This document shows positions 1 to 9,398 of a stretch of DNA of 64,000 nt, piece after piece; the stretch's first letter is position 1, and each line of letters opens with the position of its first letter. Origin of the DNA: Pirellulales bacterium (GTDB taxonomy: Bacteria > Planctomycetota > Planctomycetia > Pirellulales > JADZDJ01); NCBI GenBank assembly GCA_035656635.1, contig DASRSD010000099.1:2-64001 (forward strand), read 5' to 3'. Made by a program: the position numbers and the translations under genes. The notes beneath the pieces are model-generated. The model did not search any database, was not told the origin of the DNA, and was given only the letters and a program-made list of their open reading frames with translations.

Positions 1-126
1 CACCCGGATGTTTTCCAGTTCCGATCACGACATTCACTGCCTGCACGATATTCTGGGCGATATTCCCACGGCAGGCTTTTTTGCCCAGGGAGAAATTGGG
101 CCCGTCGGCCAGCAGAACTTTTTGCA
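1..126 (-). CDS. hypothetical protein, 5' end only (continues past left window edge)
   Basis: ATG at 126-124 (minus) opens [42 protein letters not shown] with no stop before position 1; family not recognised. Confidence 0.3.
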
Positions 127-206
127 TGGCTTCACCGCCAGCGTGGCCCTGTTTGACGGCTAGGATAGAATGCAGAGTTGACTCTCTTTGCGGCGCGAGT
201 CTGACT

Positions 207-734
207 ATGCCGGCCACCAGCCAAATTCTGGAACAAAATTTCTTCGCTCGGCCGGCACTGGTCGTGGCTCGGGAAATGCTGGGCAAGCACCTCGTTCGCC
301 GTTGGCGAAACCGCGAGCAAGCGGTGATGATTCACGAAGTGGAAGCTTACGTTGGCCCGCACGATTTAGCCTGCCACGGCCGTTTTGGCCGCACGCCGCG
401 CACGGAGGTGATGTTTGGTCCGGCCGGGCATTGGTACGTTTACTTGTGCTACGGCATGCACTGGATGCTGAACGTAGTGACCGACGGAGAAGATTGGCCC
501 GCGGCCGTGTTGTTTCGCGGCGCGGGAGATTTCACCGGCCCGGGAAAATTGACGAAAGCGCTGCGCATCGATCGGCGGTTGAACGCACTGGCGGCCCAAG
601 AAGAAGCCGGGCTATGGCTGGAAAATCGCGGCCCCAAGGTGCGGCGTTCGCAAATTGCCCTCACGCCCCGCATCGGCGTCGATTACGCGGGCATTTGGAT
701 GCACAAGCCATACCGATTTGTGCTAAAGCCGTAG
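207..734 (+). CDS. DNA-3-methyladenine glycosylase (Mpg/AAG family)
   Basis: Internal ATG at 207 of ORF 81..734; blocks FFARPALVVAREMLGKHLV, EVEAYVGPHDLACHG, GRTPRTEVMFGPAGHWYVYLCYGMHWMLNVV match the Mpg family pattern. Confidence 0.85.
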   Translation: MPATSQILEQNFFARPALVVAREMLGKHLVRRWRNREQAVMIHEVEAYVGPHDLACHGRFGRTPRTEVMFGPAGHWYVYLCYGMHWMLNVVTDGEDWPAAVLFRGAGDFTGPGKLTKALRIDRRLNALAAQEEAGLWLENRGPKVRRSQIALTPRIGVDYAGIWMHKPYRFVLKP

Positions 735-803
735 CCAGCGGGCGCATCACAACAAGCGCGGCCCATCAGCGCAAAGTTTTTCTTTGCCATCCCTGCGCTG
801 CAA

Positions 804-2840
804 CTAATTTGCCGCGACAACACCCTGTTCCTGTGAAGGTGCGGTCAGAGATTTGAGAAACTCCACTAATTGGGCCCGCTCTTCCGGTTTGAGCATGAAG
901 AACTGCTTGGCCGAGTTGCTGGCTTCGCCCCCGTGGAAGGCAATGGCCTGCTCCAGGGTCTCCGCCCGGCCGTCGTGCAGGTAGGGGCCGGAATCGCGCA
1001 CGCCCCATAGCGGCGGAGTGCGCCACTCCTGGCGCAGTGCGCCGAAAGTTTTTTCACGGTCCGCTTTCGTCAGATGCTGCGGGCCGCCATTGGGCATATT
1101 GAATTGGGCCTGCAAGCTGGGAATGGGTTCTTCCTGTTGTTCTTCCTCCGGCGTATCGGGCACAAACACGCCGTAATTGCCGGAATCGCCCAATTCGGAC
1201 CCCATGTCATGCAACAGCAAGTCGCTGTAAATGCCGACGACGTTGCCCAATTTTTCCGCGTGGCAGTTGGCACATCCGACGGCGGCAAATTGTTTTTCGC
1301 CGACGGAGAGTATTTTGGCCTCCGCGGCGCTGGCAGGTTGATGCCGTACCGGCGCCGGCAAGTTGCCTAAGTAACTGACTAGTGCCACGCACTCCGCCTC
1401 GTCCATGTCGTGCCCCTGAGGCTTGTATTTGGGATCCGACGGCAGGCCGGCCTGGGGATGATCGGGCACATCCAACCCCAACTCGACGGCGCAGGCGGTC
1501 ATGGCAAATTCGTACAGCGATGCTTTTTGGTCTTTCCAACCGAAGCGGCCAATTTTGCCATCCTTCATTTTGGCCACGCGGCCCTGAATTTCGGGGAAGC
1601 CCTTGAATTCCTTTTTCGCCTGGTCGATCAGCACTTGATCGGGAATTTGGTCGATGAGCCCCACGCCAAACAGGGCCGTGGGATTGCGCCGCGAGCGAAT
1701 GAAGGAGAAATCGCCCACCTGCCCCTGCAAGCCTTGGGCCTGGGTCATTTGCGCCTGCATTTTGAGTTGCTGCATTTTTTGTTCGGCATCCACGCTGCTG
1801 ACCACTTTGATTTGAACGACGGGGGCAGGTGTGGTCGCTTGGTTGGCAGGCGCTAAAGCCGCGGTGTCCTGTGGGTCGGTGAAGGACGAATCATCAATTG
1901 CCATCACATTCGCATTGATACCGAACTGTCCCAGCCCCAGCATTTGCACGCGCCAGGCATCGTATTTTTCGTCCGTGGAAAAGCGATGTAACACCACGCT
2001 GCGGGCCGACAAAAAGCCGGGATGAATTTTGGCGAGTTCTGCTTTTTGGCGTTTGATTTCCGCGAGTTTTTCCTCGGGGCCAGGTTGGGCGGCAGGCTGC
2101 GCCGCGGGCGCCGCCGCTCCAGTTGGTTGGGCGGCAGGCGTGGGTACAGCGGCGGTTTGCTCGGTGGCAGGTGCAATTGCGGGAGTACTTGGAGCAGCCG
2201 GCGTGGCCGGGGAAGCAGCGACAGGCGGTGTTGCGTTGACCGCGGCCGGCTGAGCGGCATCGCTCGGCGCTGGCTGGCCGTCGCCGACGACCGTTACCTG
2301 GATATTGCCGGACGGTGGATTCGCCGTGGCGGCAGGTAGTGTATTGCTGTTTTGCGGCGCTTGATTGCGGGTGGTAAGCGTCAATGTTCCGCTACTTACT
2401 GTCACCGTGCCTGGAGTTGCCGGTTGACGGTTTTCGCCTTGGCTCAGGCTGTCGACAAAGACATTCAAAATCATGCCGGGCAACGTTTGCACGGCGGGCT
2501 GTTCCATTTGAGCGGCCTGCTGTTGCCGCACAGGATTGCTGAAGGCAGTGATGATGTCGACGTTTTTGCTCGCCGGTCCACCGCCGCCGGAGCCGCCTTG
2601 GTTATGGCAGGCCACGCAGGAGCTATCGTTAAAGACTGGTCCCAAGCCATCGCCGCCGTGAGAGCGCGGATCGTTGGGAAGCCATTCGCGCTGGAACAAC
2701 TCTTTGCCATCGGGTTTTGAAGCGCTAACCGCAACGTTATCCGGCGCCGCACCTGGCTCAGCCTGTGCGATCAATGCCAGGCCGATAACCGCCAAACCGC
2801 TCGCCGCCACCACGCAATAGAATTTAGATGTCGTGGCCAT
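804..2840 (-). CDS. DUF1111-type di-haem cytochrome c oxidoreductase, secreted, with long low-complexity linker
   Basis: 678-aa ORF; hydrophobic N-terminus; two CxxCH motifs (CVACH, CANCH); GDGLGPVFNDSSCVACHNQGG block typical of DUF1111. Confidence 0.7.
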   Translation of the reverse strand: MATTSKFYCVVAASGLAVIGLALIAQAEPGAAPDNVAVSASKPDGKELFQREWLPNDPRSHGGDGLGPVFNDSSCVACHNQGGSGGGGPASKNVDIITAFSNPVRQQQAAQMEQPAVQTLPGMILNVFVDSLSQGENRQPATPGTVTVSSGTLTLTTRNQAPQNSNTLPAATANPPSGNIQVTVVGDGQPAPSDAAQPAAVNATPPVAASPATPAAPSTPAIAPATEQTAAVPTPAAQPTGAAAPAAQPAAQPGPEEKLAEIKRQKAELAKIHPGFLSARSVVLHRFSTDEKYDAWRVQMLGLGQFGINANVMAIDDSSFTDPQDTAALAPANQATTPAPVVQIKVVSSVDAEQKMQQLKMQAQMTQAQGLQGQVGDFSFIRSRRNPTALFGVGLIDQIPDQVLIDQAKKEFKGFPEIQGRVAKMKDGKIGRFGWKDQKASLYEFAMTACAVELGLDVPDHPQAGLPSDPKYKPQGHDMDEAECVALVSYLGNLPAPVRHQPASAAEAKILSVGEKQFAAVGCANCHAEKLGNVVGIYSDLLLHDMGSELGDSGNYGVFVPDTPEEEQQEEPIPSLQAQFNMPNGGPQHLTKADREKTFGALRQEWRTPPLWGVRDSGPYLHDGRAETLEQAIAFHGGEASNSAKQFFMLKPEERAQLVEFLKSLTAPSQEQGVVAAN

Positions 2841-3084
2841 AATTCGCTTCTCCAGAAGAGCTTGGAAGCCGCGCAGAATAAAGCCTCACGATAGCACCCG
2901 CATTATAGGAAGTACCCAGCCTCCAGAGCAACAGTTTCGTTTGTAACAACCTTGTCAAATGTTCCGACGGCTGTATTCCCTCTGTAAACTTATCGGGCGT
3001 CGGCGGGTGGCAACCCGGCGATGAAACGCTGTAAATCGGGTATGATTGCAGATTGGAAGCCCCGCATTGCTATCGCCGTCCTCC

Positions 3085-3963
3085 ATGTCAATAAAATCTC
3101 AAACCGGACGCACCGAAAATCTGCCCGTCAATGGCGAAGTTCTGGCTCGGTTTGTCGGCAAAACGGCCGTCATTACCGGAGCTAGCGATCAGGGAATTGG
3201 CGGGGCCGTAGCCGAACGGCTGGCGCGGGAAGGGGCATCGGTTGTGTTGCTATCGCGCAGCGAGCCCAAGCGGCTGGTTAAGCGATTGCATCGCATGGAA
3301 CGCGGCGTGCTATTCGTGGAGTGCGATGTAACTCGCTCCCGCGACGTGCAGCGGTCGGTGGAAAAAGCCGTGGCTCAATTCGGCCAGCTCGATGTGCTGG
3401 TGAACAACGCCGGCGTGGAATGCGCACGGCCGTTTGAAAGCTTTACCGACGATCAGTGGCAGGGACTGCTGGAAGTGAATTTGCACGGGGCGATCCGGCT
3501 TTGTCGGGCCGTGCTGCCGCACATTCCTGCCAGTGGCGGCGCGATTGTCAATGTGGCTTCTGCACTGGCTTTGGGCGGCTGCCCGAGCTTCTCGATTTAC
3601 AGCGCCGGCAAGGCGGGCTTGATTGGGCTAACTCAATCGCTGGCCTGGGAATTGGCGCCCCGAAAAATTCGTGTGCTGGCGATTGCCCCGGCGCTGGTCG
3701 CCACGCCCATGACCATGAAGCACATGCAGCACTTAACGCCGGAAGTGCGAAAGCAATTGGAAGCCATACATCCGCTGGGAGTAGGCATGCCGCATGATGT
3801 GGCCGGCGCCGTGGCGTTTTTGGCTTCCGAGGACGCCGCCTGGATTACCGGCGCAACGCTGCCGCTGGGCTGGGCCCCGCATTATGCTTTGCCCGTCGCG
3901 CATTTTATGACGCCGGTGGAGGAGGCCGTACCACCCGCTTCAGCTTCCGCAAAACCGCGGTGA
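3085..3963 (+). CDS. SDR-family short-chain dehydrogenase/reductase
   Basis: TAVITGASDQGIGGAVA (TGxxxGxG), NNAG, YSAGKAG (YxxxK); ATG at 3085 preferred over TTG at 3046. Confidence 0.85.
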   Translation: MSIKSQTGRTENLPVNGEVLARFVGKTAVITGASDQGIGGAVAERLAREGASVVLLSRSEPKRLVKRLHRMERGVLFVECDVTRSRDVQRSVEKAVAQFGQLDVLVNNAGVECARPFESFTDDQWQGLLEVNLHGAIRLCRAVLPHIPASGGAIVNVASALALGGCPSFSIYSAGKAGLIGLTQSLAWELAPRKIRVLAIAPALVATPMTMKHMQHLTPEVRKQLEAIHPLGVGMPHDVAGAVAFLASEDAAWITGATLPLGWAPHYALPVAHFMTPVEEAVPPASASAKPR

Positions 3964-4050
3964 TGGGAAGATCCATCTCTAGCGGCCCGTAACCAGCGTT
4001 TTCGCAAAGAATTGGTCCGTGGGCATTTGCTGGGTAATTCGCTGACTGCG

Positions 4051-4767
4051 TCATTCGATTCGAAAAGTGCGCGGCAGAATTTGCCATTGCTCTGTGTGGC
4101 TGCCGTAGGCCAGCGTGCGCTCGGCGTACATTTGCACGACGGTCGACTTGCTCTCGCCGATTTGTGGACTGCGAATTCGAAGTCGGACGAGCACTTCGTC
4201 GCGGAGATCATCGCCGCCAATGTAAGTCGTGGAAAGGGGCTCAATTTTTGATTCTGCGCCGGCCGCCAGCAGTTGTTTGACGGGCTCCAGCTTTAAAAAT
4301 TCGTCGTATGGCTTCTTGGCGTCGGCTGATTTATCTTTCGGCTCCGTCTGTCCGCCTTGGACGACTGTGCGTTTGGCCGCCGGCAGAGTGAATTGAAAAG
4401 CGGCCAGGGGTTCGTTTTGCACAAGCAGTTCCATAAATTTTTCGGTGAAGTGCGTTGCGCGGGCTTCCAGCATATATTGCCTGCTGAGGGTGCGCACCGG
4501 GCCGGCCGCGCCAAAAAATACCGCCAAGAGCAAACCCAACAGCGCCAAGTGCCAGCCCGAAAGTTGCCGATCGGACGCGGTGATGCGCTGCATGGCGACA
4601 ATGGAAATTACGCCGGCCAGGATGGGAATGAACCACAAAATGGGTCCAATAATGGCCGCGGCCGACAGCAAGCCGAATAAAACGGCGGCCAAAGCCCAAC
4701 CGCTGATGCGGCCATACTCTATGATGTCGCGGTCCGCGGAACTTAACGGGGCGCTGGGCTGAGACAT
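4051..4767 (-). CDS. hypothetical membrane protein (two N-terminal TM hairpin segments)
   Basis: ORF 4051..4773; ATG at 4767; hydrophobic stretches WALAAVLFGLLSAAAIIGPILWFIPILAGVISIVA and LALLGLLLAVFFGAAG; last gene of the pilT operon. Confidence 0.55.
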   Translation of the reverse strand: MSQPSAPLSSADRDIIEYGRISGWALAAVLFGLLSAAAIIGPILWFIPILAGVISIVAMQRITASDRQLSGWHLALLGLLLAVFFGAAGPVRTLSRQYMLEARATHFTEKFMELLVQNEPLAAFQFTLPAAKRTVVQGGQTEPKDKSADAKKPYDEFLKLEPVKQLLAAGAESKIEPLSTTYIGGDDLRDEVLVRLRIRSPQIGESKSTVVQMYAERTLAYGSHTEQWQILPRTFRIE

Positions 4768-4776
4768 AACCAAAAG

Positions 4777-5388
4777 TTACGATCCGACGTAAATGCTCGT
4801 TGTCTTTTCAAACTCTTTCCGCCGCTGACCATATCTTAGAATGAAATCGCCGTTGGGATCAAACACGTGGGCATTGGGATCGCCCGGCGGTGGAGTGCGA
4901 GACAAAGCGCCGCCATTGCTCAACTGGTGCATGAAGGCCAGCCAATTTCGATCGGGCGCCAGCCCAAAAAACATGCGAGTTTCCGGCCGTTCTTGAAAAC
5001 CAAGGAAATTCCGCTCCAGCGGCGCCAGGTGCATGGTAAACAACATAAATTGCACCATGAGCCACCCCAGAGCGACGGCAAATACCACGCCCCCGATGAT
5101 ATCGACCATCTTTTTGAAGCGCATTCGGTGGCGCGATAGCAAATCGGTGGCCACGCGGAAAATGGTAAAGAACACGCAGAAGCAAATCCAGACGGCGATA
5201 AAATCGCAGAAGTAACCAATGCTATGCCACATTCCTTCCAGCCAATTGGCCACCGGCTCGAACAAGTTTGTGGCCAATACCGCCGCCATCAGCGCATTGC
5301 AAAACAGCAGGCCAGCGCCCCACAGGCCTTCGTTGAATACGAAAGCGACACACACGGCGAACACAACCGCAATGATTAAATTCAGCAT
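4777..5388 (-). CDS. CvpA-like integral membrane protein
   Basis: 203 aa, four hydrophobic helices, N-terminus MLNLIIAVVFAVCVAFVFNEGLWG resembles CvpA (colicin V production) family; weak assignment. Confidence 0.5.
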   Translation of the reverse strand: MLNLIIAVVFAVCVAFVFNEGLWGAGLLFCNALMAAVLATNLFEPVANWLEGMWHSIGYFCDFIAVWICFCVFFTIFRVATDLLSRHRMRFKKMVDIIGGVVFAVALGWLMVQFMLFTMHLAPLERNFLGFQERPETRMFFGLAPDRNWLAFMHQLSNGGALSRTPPPGDPNAHVFDPNGDFILRYGQRRKEFEKTTSIYVGS

Positions 5389-5421
5389 GGCAAGCTATTC
5401 ATTGAGCATCAAATTCTCAAA

Positions 5422-7239
5422 TTATCCTTTGAGCACTCGTTGCAATTCCAAAAGCGACGTGACCCCTTTGACCACTAATACCAGGCCCTCTTCCTGAAAC
5501 GTCTTCATGCCGCCGCGGCGAGCAGCCGCACGCACTAAATCGAGCTTGGGGCTTTTCATCAACACTTCGCGCACACCGTCCTCAATCACCAACAGCTCGA
5601 ACAGTCCGGTGCGTCCTTTATAACCAATGCCCTGACATTCCGGGCAAGGCTTCTTGGGATCGGCCTGCGACGGGGTGCGATATAACTGCTGCACCTTGCC
5701 GGGCGGGATGCCAAACTGCTGCAGAATTTCGGCTGGAGCGGGATAGGCTTCCTTGCAGGCATCGCACAGCTTGCGGATTAATCGCTCGCAAATGACGCCG
5801 CTGACCGCGTTCACAAAATCCTTGGGCGGCACCTTCAATAGCAACACGCGCAACAATGTCTCCGGCGCATCTTTGGAGCGCAGGCCAGTCAAAATCAGCC
5901 GATCTTCCGCGACCTGCTCGCACAGCAGCTTAGCGGTGGCGGCATCGGTTAAGGTGCGCACAACCAAAGCATTCGGGTAGGTGCGGATGATTTTTTCCAA
6001 GGCTGGCACCGGCGTTTCGCCGGCTGCGGCATTGTAGGTGGTAACCTGCAAGTTTTCGATTTCGTGCTCGCGGTTGTTGACATCTTCCACCGCGGCAAAA
6101 TCGCGCACATACCGATCACAAGCCTTCAGCGCCGCATCGAACAAATTGCTCAAGCCGCCGTTGGGCATCGAGCTAAAAATCACAAACCCCGCACTTCGGC
6201 CTAGCAATTCCTTCAACTGCTCCTGCGTTTTGGCGCGGAGGCCCAATTCTTCCAGCGAATGAACCGGGGCCTTCGTAGGATGGAATTGGGCAACCACCCG
6301 CTCGCCGTTTTCCACGCCCACACTTTGCACTTTGCAGCCATAATGAGTTTGCTTGTAATTCGCCGACAAGGTTCCCGATTGGCGCTTCGCGCGTTCGTTG
6401 GCATCCAATCCGGCCATGGTTTTCAATACGGCGACAACCATGTTGCCGGATTCACGATCGCGGGGATCGACGTTGTGCCAGACGCCGTCAATTTGAAAGC
6501 GCACCGCGACGTTGGCAGCGGTGCATTCCAGCATGATGGCGTCGCCGCGTCGGTCGAGCATGTCTGCGACCATGTCTTTGGTCAGCACGTAGCCGGGCGA
6601 GCGCCGGGCGAGCATTAAATTGGCTTCGCCATCTCGGCCGCCACCGGAAGTGGCTTTAAATTTGACCGGCGCTCCTTTTTCATGATCTTGCTGCCGTTCC
6701 GTGGCAACCTTCACGCCAAATTTTCCGGCGACTTCGGCAAATACCTGCCGCAAGTGATCGATGGTCATTACCCGTTGGTGCGATTCTACCGCCTTGTTGC
6801 GAACAACAATGTAAACGCCCACGGGAACCAAATACGTCACGGCCATCAACGGGTAAGCTACCTCGAACCACGGCAATAGCCACAGGAGCAAAAAGGTAGC
6901 GATAAACGGACCGAACATGACGCCGTTCCAAATCATGTAGCTCATGTTCAGCCGCAAGCAATCCTGGCTAACCCAGTCGGCGGTTTTCACCCACAGCAAA
7001 AACAAAATCCACACCAAGAAGAATCGCGACAAGCTGAGGTAATACCCGTGGCCGCGCCCGATATCCGGTTCTTTGCCAAATTGTGTGACCGGTGGCAGCG
7101 GATAGGTCGGCCAGCCATTGGTTTCCTCCGACTGGGCAACTCCCGGAGTACTCGGCGGCTGAGCGGGCGCGCGCGAGGGCTGCCACAACAGAATGGCCCC
7201 GGCCAGGCATACAAAAATCAGCGCTGCCCAGCGTGACAT
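5422..7239 (-). CDS. GspE/PilB-type secretion ATPase homologue, membrane-anchored, Walker A degenerate (probable pseudo-ATPase)
   Basis: C-terminal two thirds follow GspE/PilB layout incl. CDAC...CPECQGIGYKGRTGLFELL tetracysteine; Walker A position reads FSSMPNGGLSN (6145-6180); N-terminus has signal-like segment plus 3 TM helices; ATG 7239-7237 overlaps pilT stop (TGATG). Confidence 0.75.
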   Translation of the reverse strand: MSRWAALIFVCLAGAILLWQPSRAPAQPPSTPGVAQSEETNGWPTYPLPPVTQFGKEPDIGRGHGYYLSLSRFFLVWILFLLWVKTADWVSQDCLRLNMSYMIWNGVMFGPFIATFLLLWLLPWFEVAYPLMAVTYLVPVGVYIVVRNKAVESHQRVMTIDHLRQVFAEVAGKFGVKVATERQQDHEKGAPVKFKATSGGGRDGEANLMLARRSPGYVLTKDMVADMLDRRGDAIMLECTAANVAVRFQIDGVWHNVDPRDRESGNMVVAVLKTMAGLDANERAKRQSGTLSANYKQTHYGCKVQSVGVENGERVVAQFHPTKAPVHSLEELGLRAKTQEQLKELLGRSAGFVIFSSMPNGGLSNLFDAALKACDRYVRDFAAVEDVNNREHEIENLQVTTYNAAAGETPVPALEKIIRTYPNALVVRTLTDAATAKLLCEQVAEDRLILTGLRSKDAPETLLRVLLLKVPPKDFVNAVSGVICERLIRKLCDACKEAYPAPAEILQQFGIPPGKVQQLYRTPSQADPKKPCPECQGIGYKGRTGLFELLVIEDGVREVLMKSPKLDLVRAAARRGGMKTFQEEGLVLVVKGVTSLLELQRVLKG

Positions 7240-8414
7240 CAAATCATTCCCGAGGACTTGACTTCGATGCCCTTGAGGGCCATTTTCAACGCCTCCACAT
7301 TGGGCGCCACTTCCAACGCCACGGTGCGGTCGATCAATTCGCGATCGACCAATTCTTTCAGACTCATGGTGAAGTCTTGCATGCCGTCCTTGGCAGAAAT
7401 TCGAATGAGGTCCGCCAATTTTTCGTCGCGCTCTTCCAAAATTAGTTTGCGCGCCATGGCGTTGAACGTCATAATTTCGACCGTCGGCACGCGGCCCACG
7501 CCTTCCTTGATGGAAGGCAACAATTTTTGAGCCACGATGCCGCGCATGTTGAAGGCAATGGCGCTGCGCAAAGCGGTGTGCATTTCGCGGGGGAATAAGT
7601 CCAAAATACGGCTGATGGTGCTGGGGGCACTGGAGGCGTGAATGGTGCCGAACACCAAGTGCCCCGTTTCGGCTGCGTGAATAGCCGTCATAAACGTTTC
7701 CTGATCGCGCATTTCGCCCACCAGCATGACGTCGGGATCCTCACGCACGGCGTGCTTCATGCCGATCGAAAAATCCTTTACGTCGGTGCCGACTTCGCGC
7801 TGGTTGATCAGGCACTTGTCTTCCGTGAACGTGAATTCAATGGGGTCTTCCAGCGTGAGAATATGCTTGCGGTAATGATGATTGATGTAGTTCAGCATCG
7901 ACGCAATTGTCGTGCTTTTGCCAGAGCCTGTGACTCCGGCCAGCAGAACCATGCCCTGGTCGAATTTGCACAAATCTTCCATGACGGGGGGCAAGTTGAG
8001 TCCCTCGAAATCGGGAATCCAGTTGTTCACGCGGCGGGCCACCATGCCGACGTGCCCGAGCTGCTGCAGCACGTTTACGCGGAACCGCCACTTGGTGCCA
8101 TCCACATCGACCACGTGGGCAAAGTCCGAGCCGCCGGTTTCCTCAAAAATCTTTTGCCGCCGCTCATCGAACATGCCGAAGATGAGGCGGACCATTTCTT
8201 CATCTTCAATGGGGCCGCGGCTCAAAGGGCGCAGCGAACCCTTGACGCGCACATACGGGGGGCGCCCCACCTTTAAATGCAAATCGCTCCCCTCGAGTTT
8301 GACCAGGGCGCGAAACAGCTTGTCGATTTCCAACTCCTCGTGCTTGACCAAAAACCGATCGACGGGGCTCTTCGCTTTGAAGTGATGATTGTTATTGTTT
8401 TCGCCGTGAGACAT
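7239..8414 (-). CDS. pilT: type IV pilus retraction ATPase PilT
   Basis: 391 aa; GVTGSGKSTT Walker A, LVGEMRD Walker B region, GHLVFGTIHA His box; PilT-length hexameric ATPase. Confidence 0.9.
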   Translation of the reverse strand: MSHGENNNNHHFKAKSPVDRFLVKHEELEIDKLFRALVKLEGSDLHLKVGRPPYVRVKGSLRPLSRGPIEDEEMVRLIFGMFDERRQKIFEETGGSDFAHVVDVDGTKWRFRVNVLQQLGHVGMVARRVNNWIPDFEGLNLPPVMEDLCKFDQGMVLLAGVTGSGKSTTIASMLNYINHHYRKHILTLEDPIEFTFTEDKCLINQREVGTDVKDFSIGMKHAVREDPDVMLVGEMRDQETFMTAIHAAETGHLVFGTIHASSAPSTISRILDLFPREMHTALRSAIAFNMRGIVAQKLLPSIKEGVGRVPTVEIMTFNAMARKLILEERDEKLADLIRISAKDGMQDFTMSLKELVDRELIDRTVALEVAPNVEALKMALKGIEVKSSGMI

Positions 8415-8481
8415 GGCTGTGTGAATGTCGAAGGACTATTTGATGATTGTCTAAATTGCAAATTCCGGACGTTTTAATTCG

Positions 8482-9249
8482 TTATAACCGCACTGGTATT
8501 CCGCGCTGCCGCATGGCTTCTTTGGCCTGCCGGATGGTGTACTGGCCGAAGTGGAAAATGCCGGCCGCCAAAGCGGCGTCGGCGTGACCCACGAGAATTG
8601 CTTCCGCCAGATGTTCCGGATGCCCCGCTCCGCCGCTGGCCACCACGGGAATGGCAACGGCCTGGCTGACGGCAGCGGTCATTTCTAAATCATAACCATT
8701 TTGCGTGCCGTCCGCATCCATGCAGGTGAGCACAATTTCGCCAGCCCCCAGCCGCTCCACCTCCTCCGCCCAGGGGACCGCTTGTTTACCCGTCGGCACT
8801 CGGCCGCCGTTGATGTGCACTTCCCACGATTCTGACCCGTTTTTCTGGGTCCGCTTGGGGTCAATATTCACCACAATGCATTGGCTGCCAAATTTACGGG
8901 CCGCCTCACGCACAAACTCCGGATTCTTGCAGGCTGCTGAATTAATCGAGACCTTATCGCATCCGGCGTTCAACAAAGCACGAATATCATCCAACGTGCG
9001 GATTCCACCCCCCACAGTCAGCGGCATGAACACCACTTCGGCGGTGCGCTTCACCACGTCGATCATCGTGGCCCGACCCTCGTGGCTGGCCGTGATGTCG
9101 AGAAACACCAATTCATCGGCCCCCTCGGCCTCGTATCGGGCAGCCACTTCCACTGGATCGCCGGCATCGCGCAAGTGGAGGAACTTGGTGCCTTTTACCA
9201 CTCGCCCGCGGTCGACATCTAAACACGGTATGACGCGCTTGGCAAGCAT
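8482..9249 (-). CDS. hisF: imidazole glycerol phosphate synthase cyclase subunit HisF
   Basis: [20 protein letters not shown]...[11 protein letters not shown]...PLTVGGGIR...VASGGAG full-length HisF pattern. Confidence 0.95.
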   Translation of the reverse strand: MLAKRVIPCLDVDRGRVVKGTKFLHLRDAGDPVEVAARYEAEGADELVFLDITASHEGRATMIDVVKRTAEVVFMPLTVGGGIRTLDDIRALLNAGCDKVSINSAACKNPEFVREAARKFGSQCIVVNIDPKRTQKNGSESWEVHINGGRVPTGKQAVPWAEEVERLGAGEIVLTCMDADGTQNGYDLEMTAAVSQAVAIPVVASGGAGHPEHLAEAILVGHADAALAAGIFHFGQYTIRQAKEAMRQRGIPVRL

Positions 9250-9398
9250 GGATGCCGCACACAGGAGGTTAAAGACTACTGGGACTGTGCTGGAGTCAGC
9301 ACCCAGGCCCGGCTTCTACTGGCAGACCGAACTCGTCACTGTAAATACAGGCCACTCGTCGGTCAATTGCCCTATCGGTCAGGAAATCGTAAGGGAAA

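Noticed and set aside
3080-3087. Anti-SD-like CCTCC motif just upstream of start codons (CCTCCATG at the SDR gene and at the sulfite reductase gene 32263-32270; CCTCC 14-31 nt upstream of hisF, rpmA and thiG)
   Set aside because: Five occurrences among about 55 leaders is close to what base composition alone would give. This is not convincing without genome-wide statistics.
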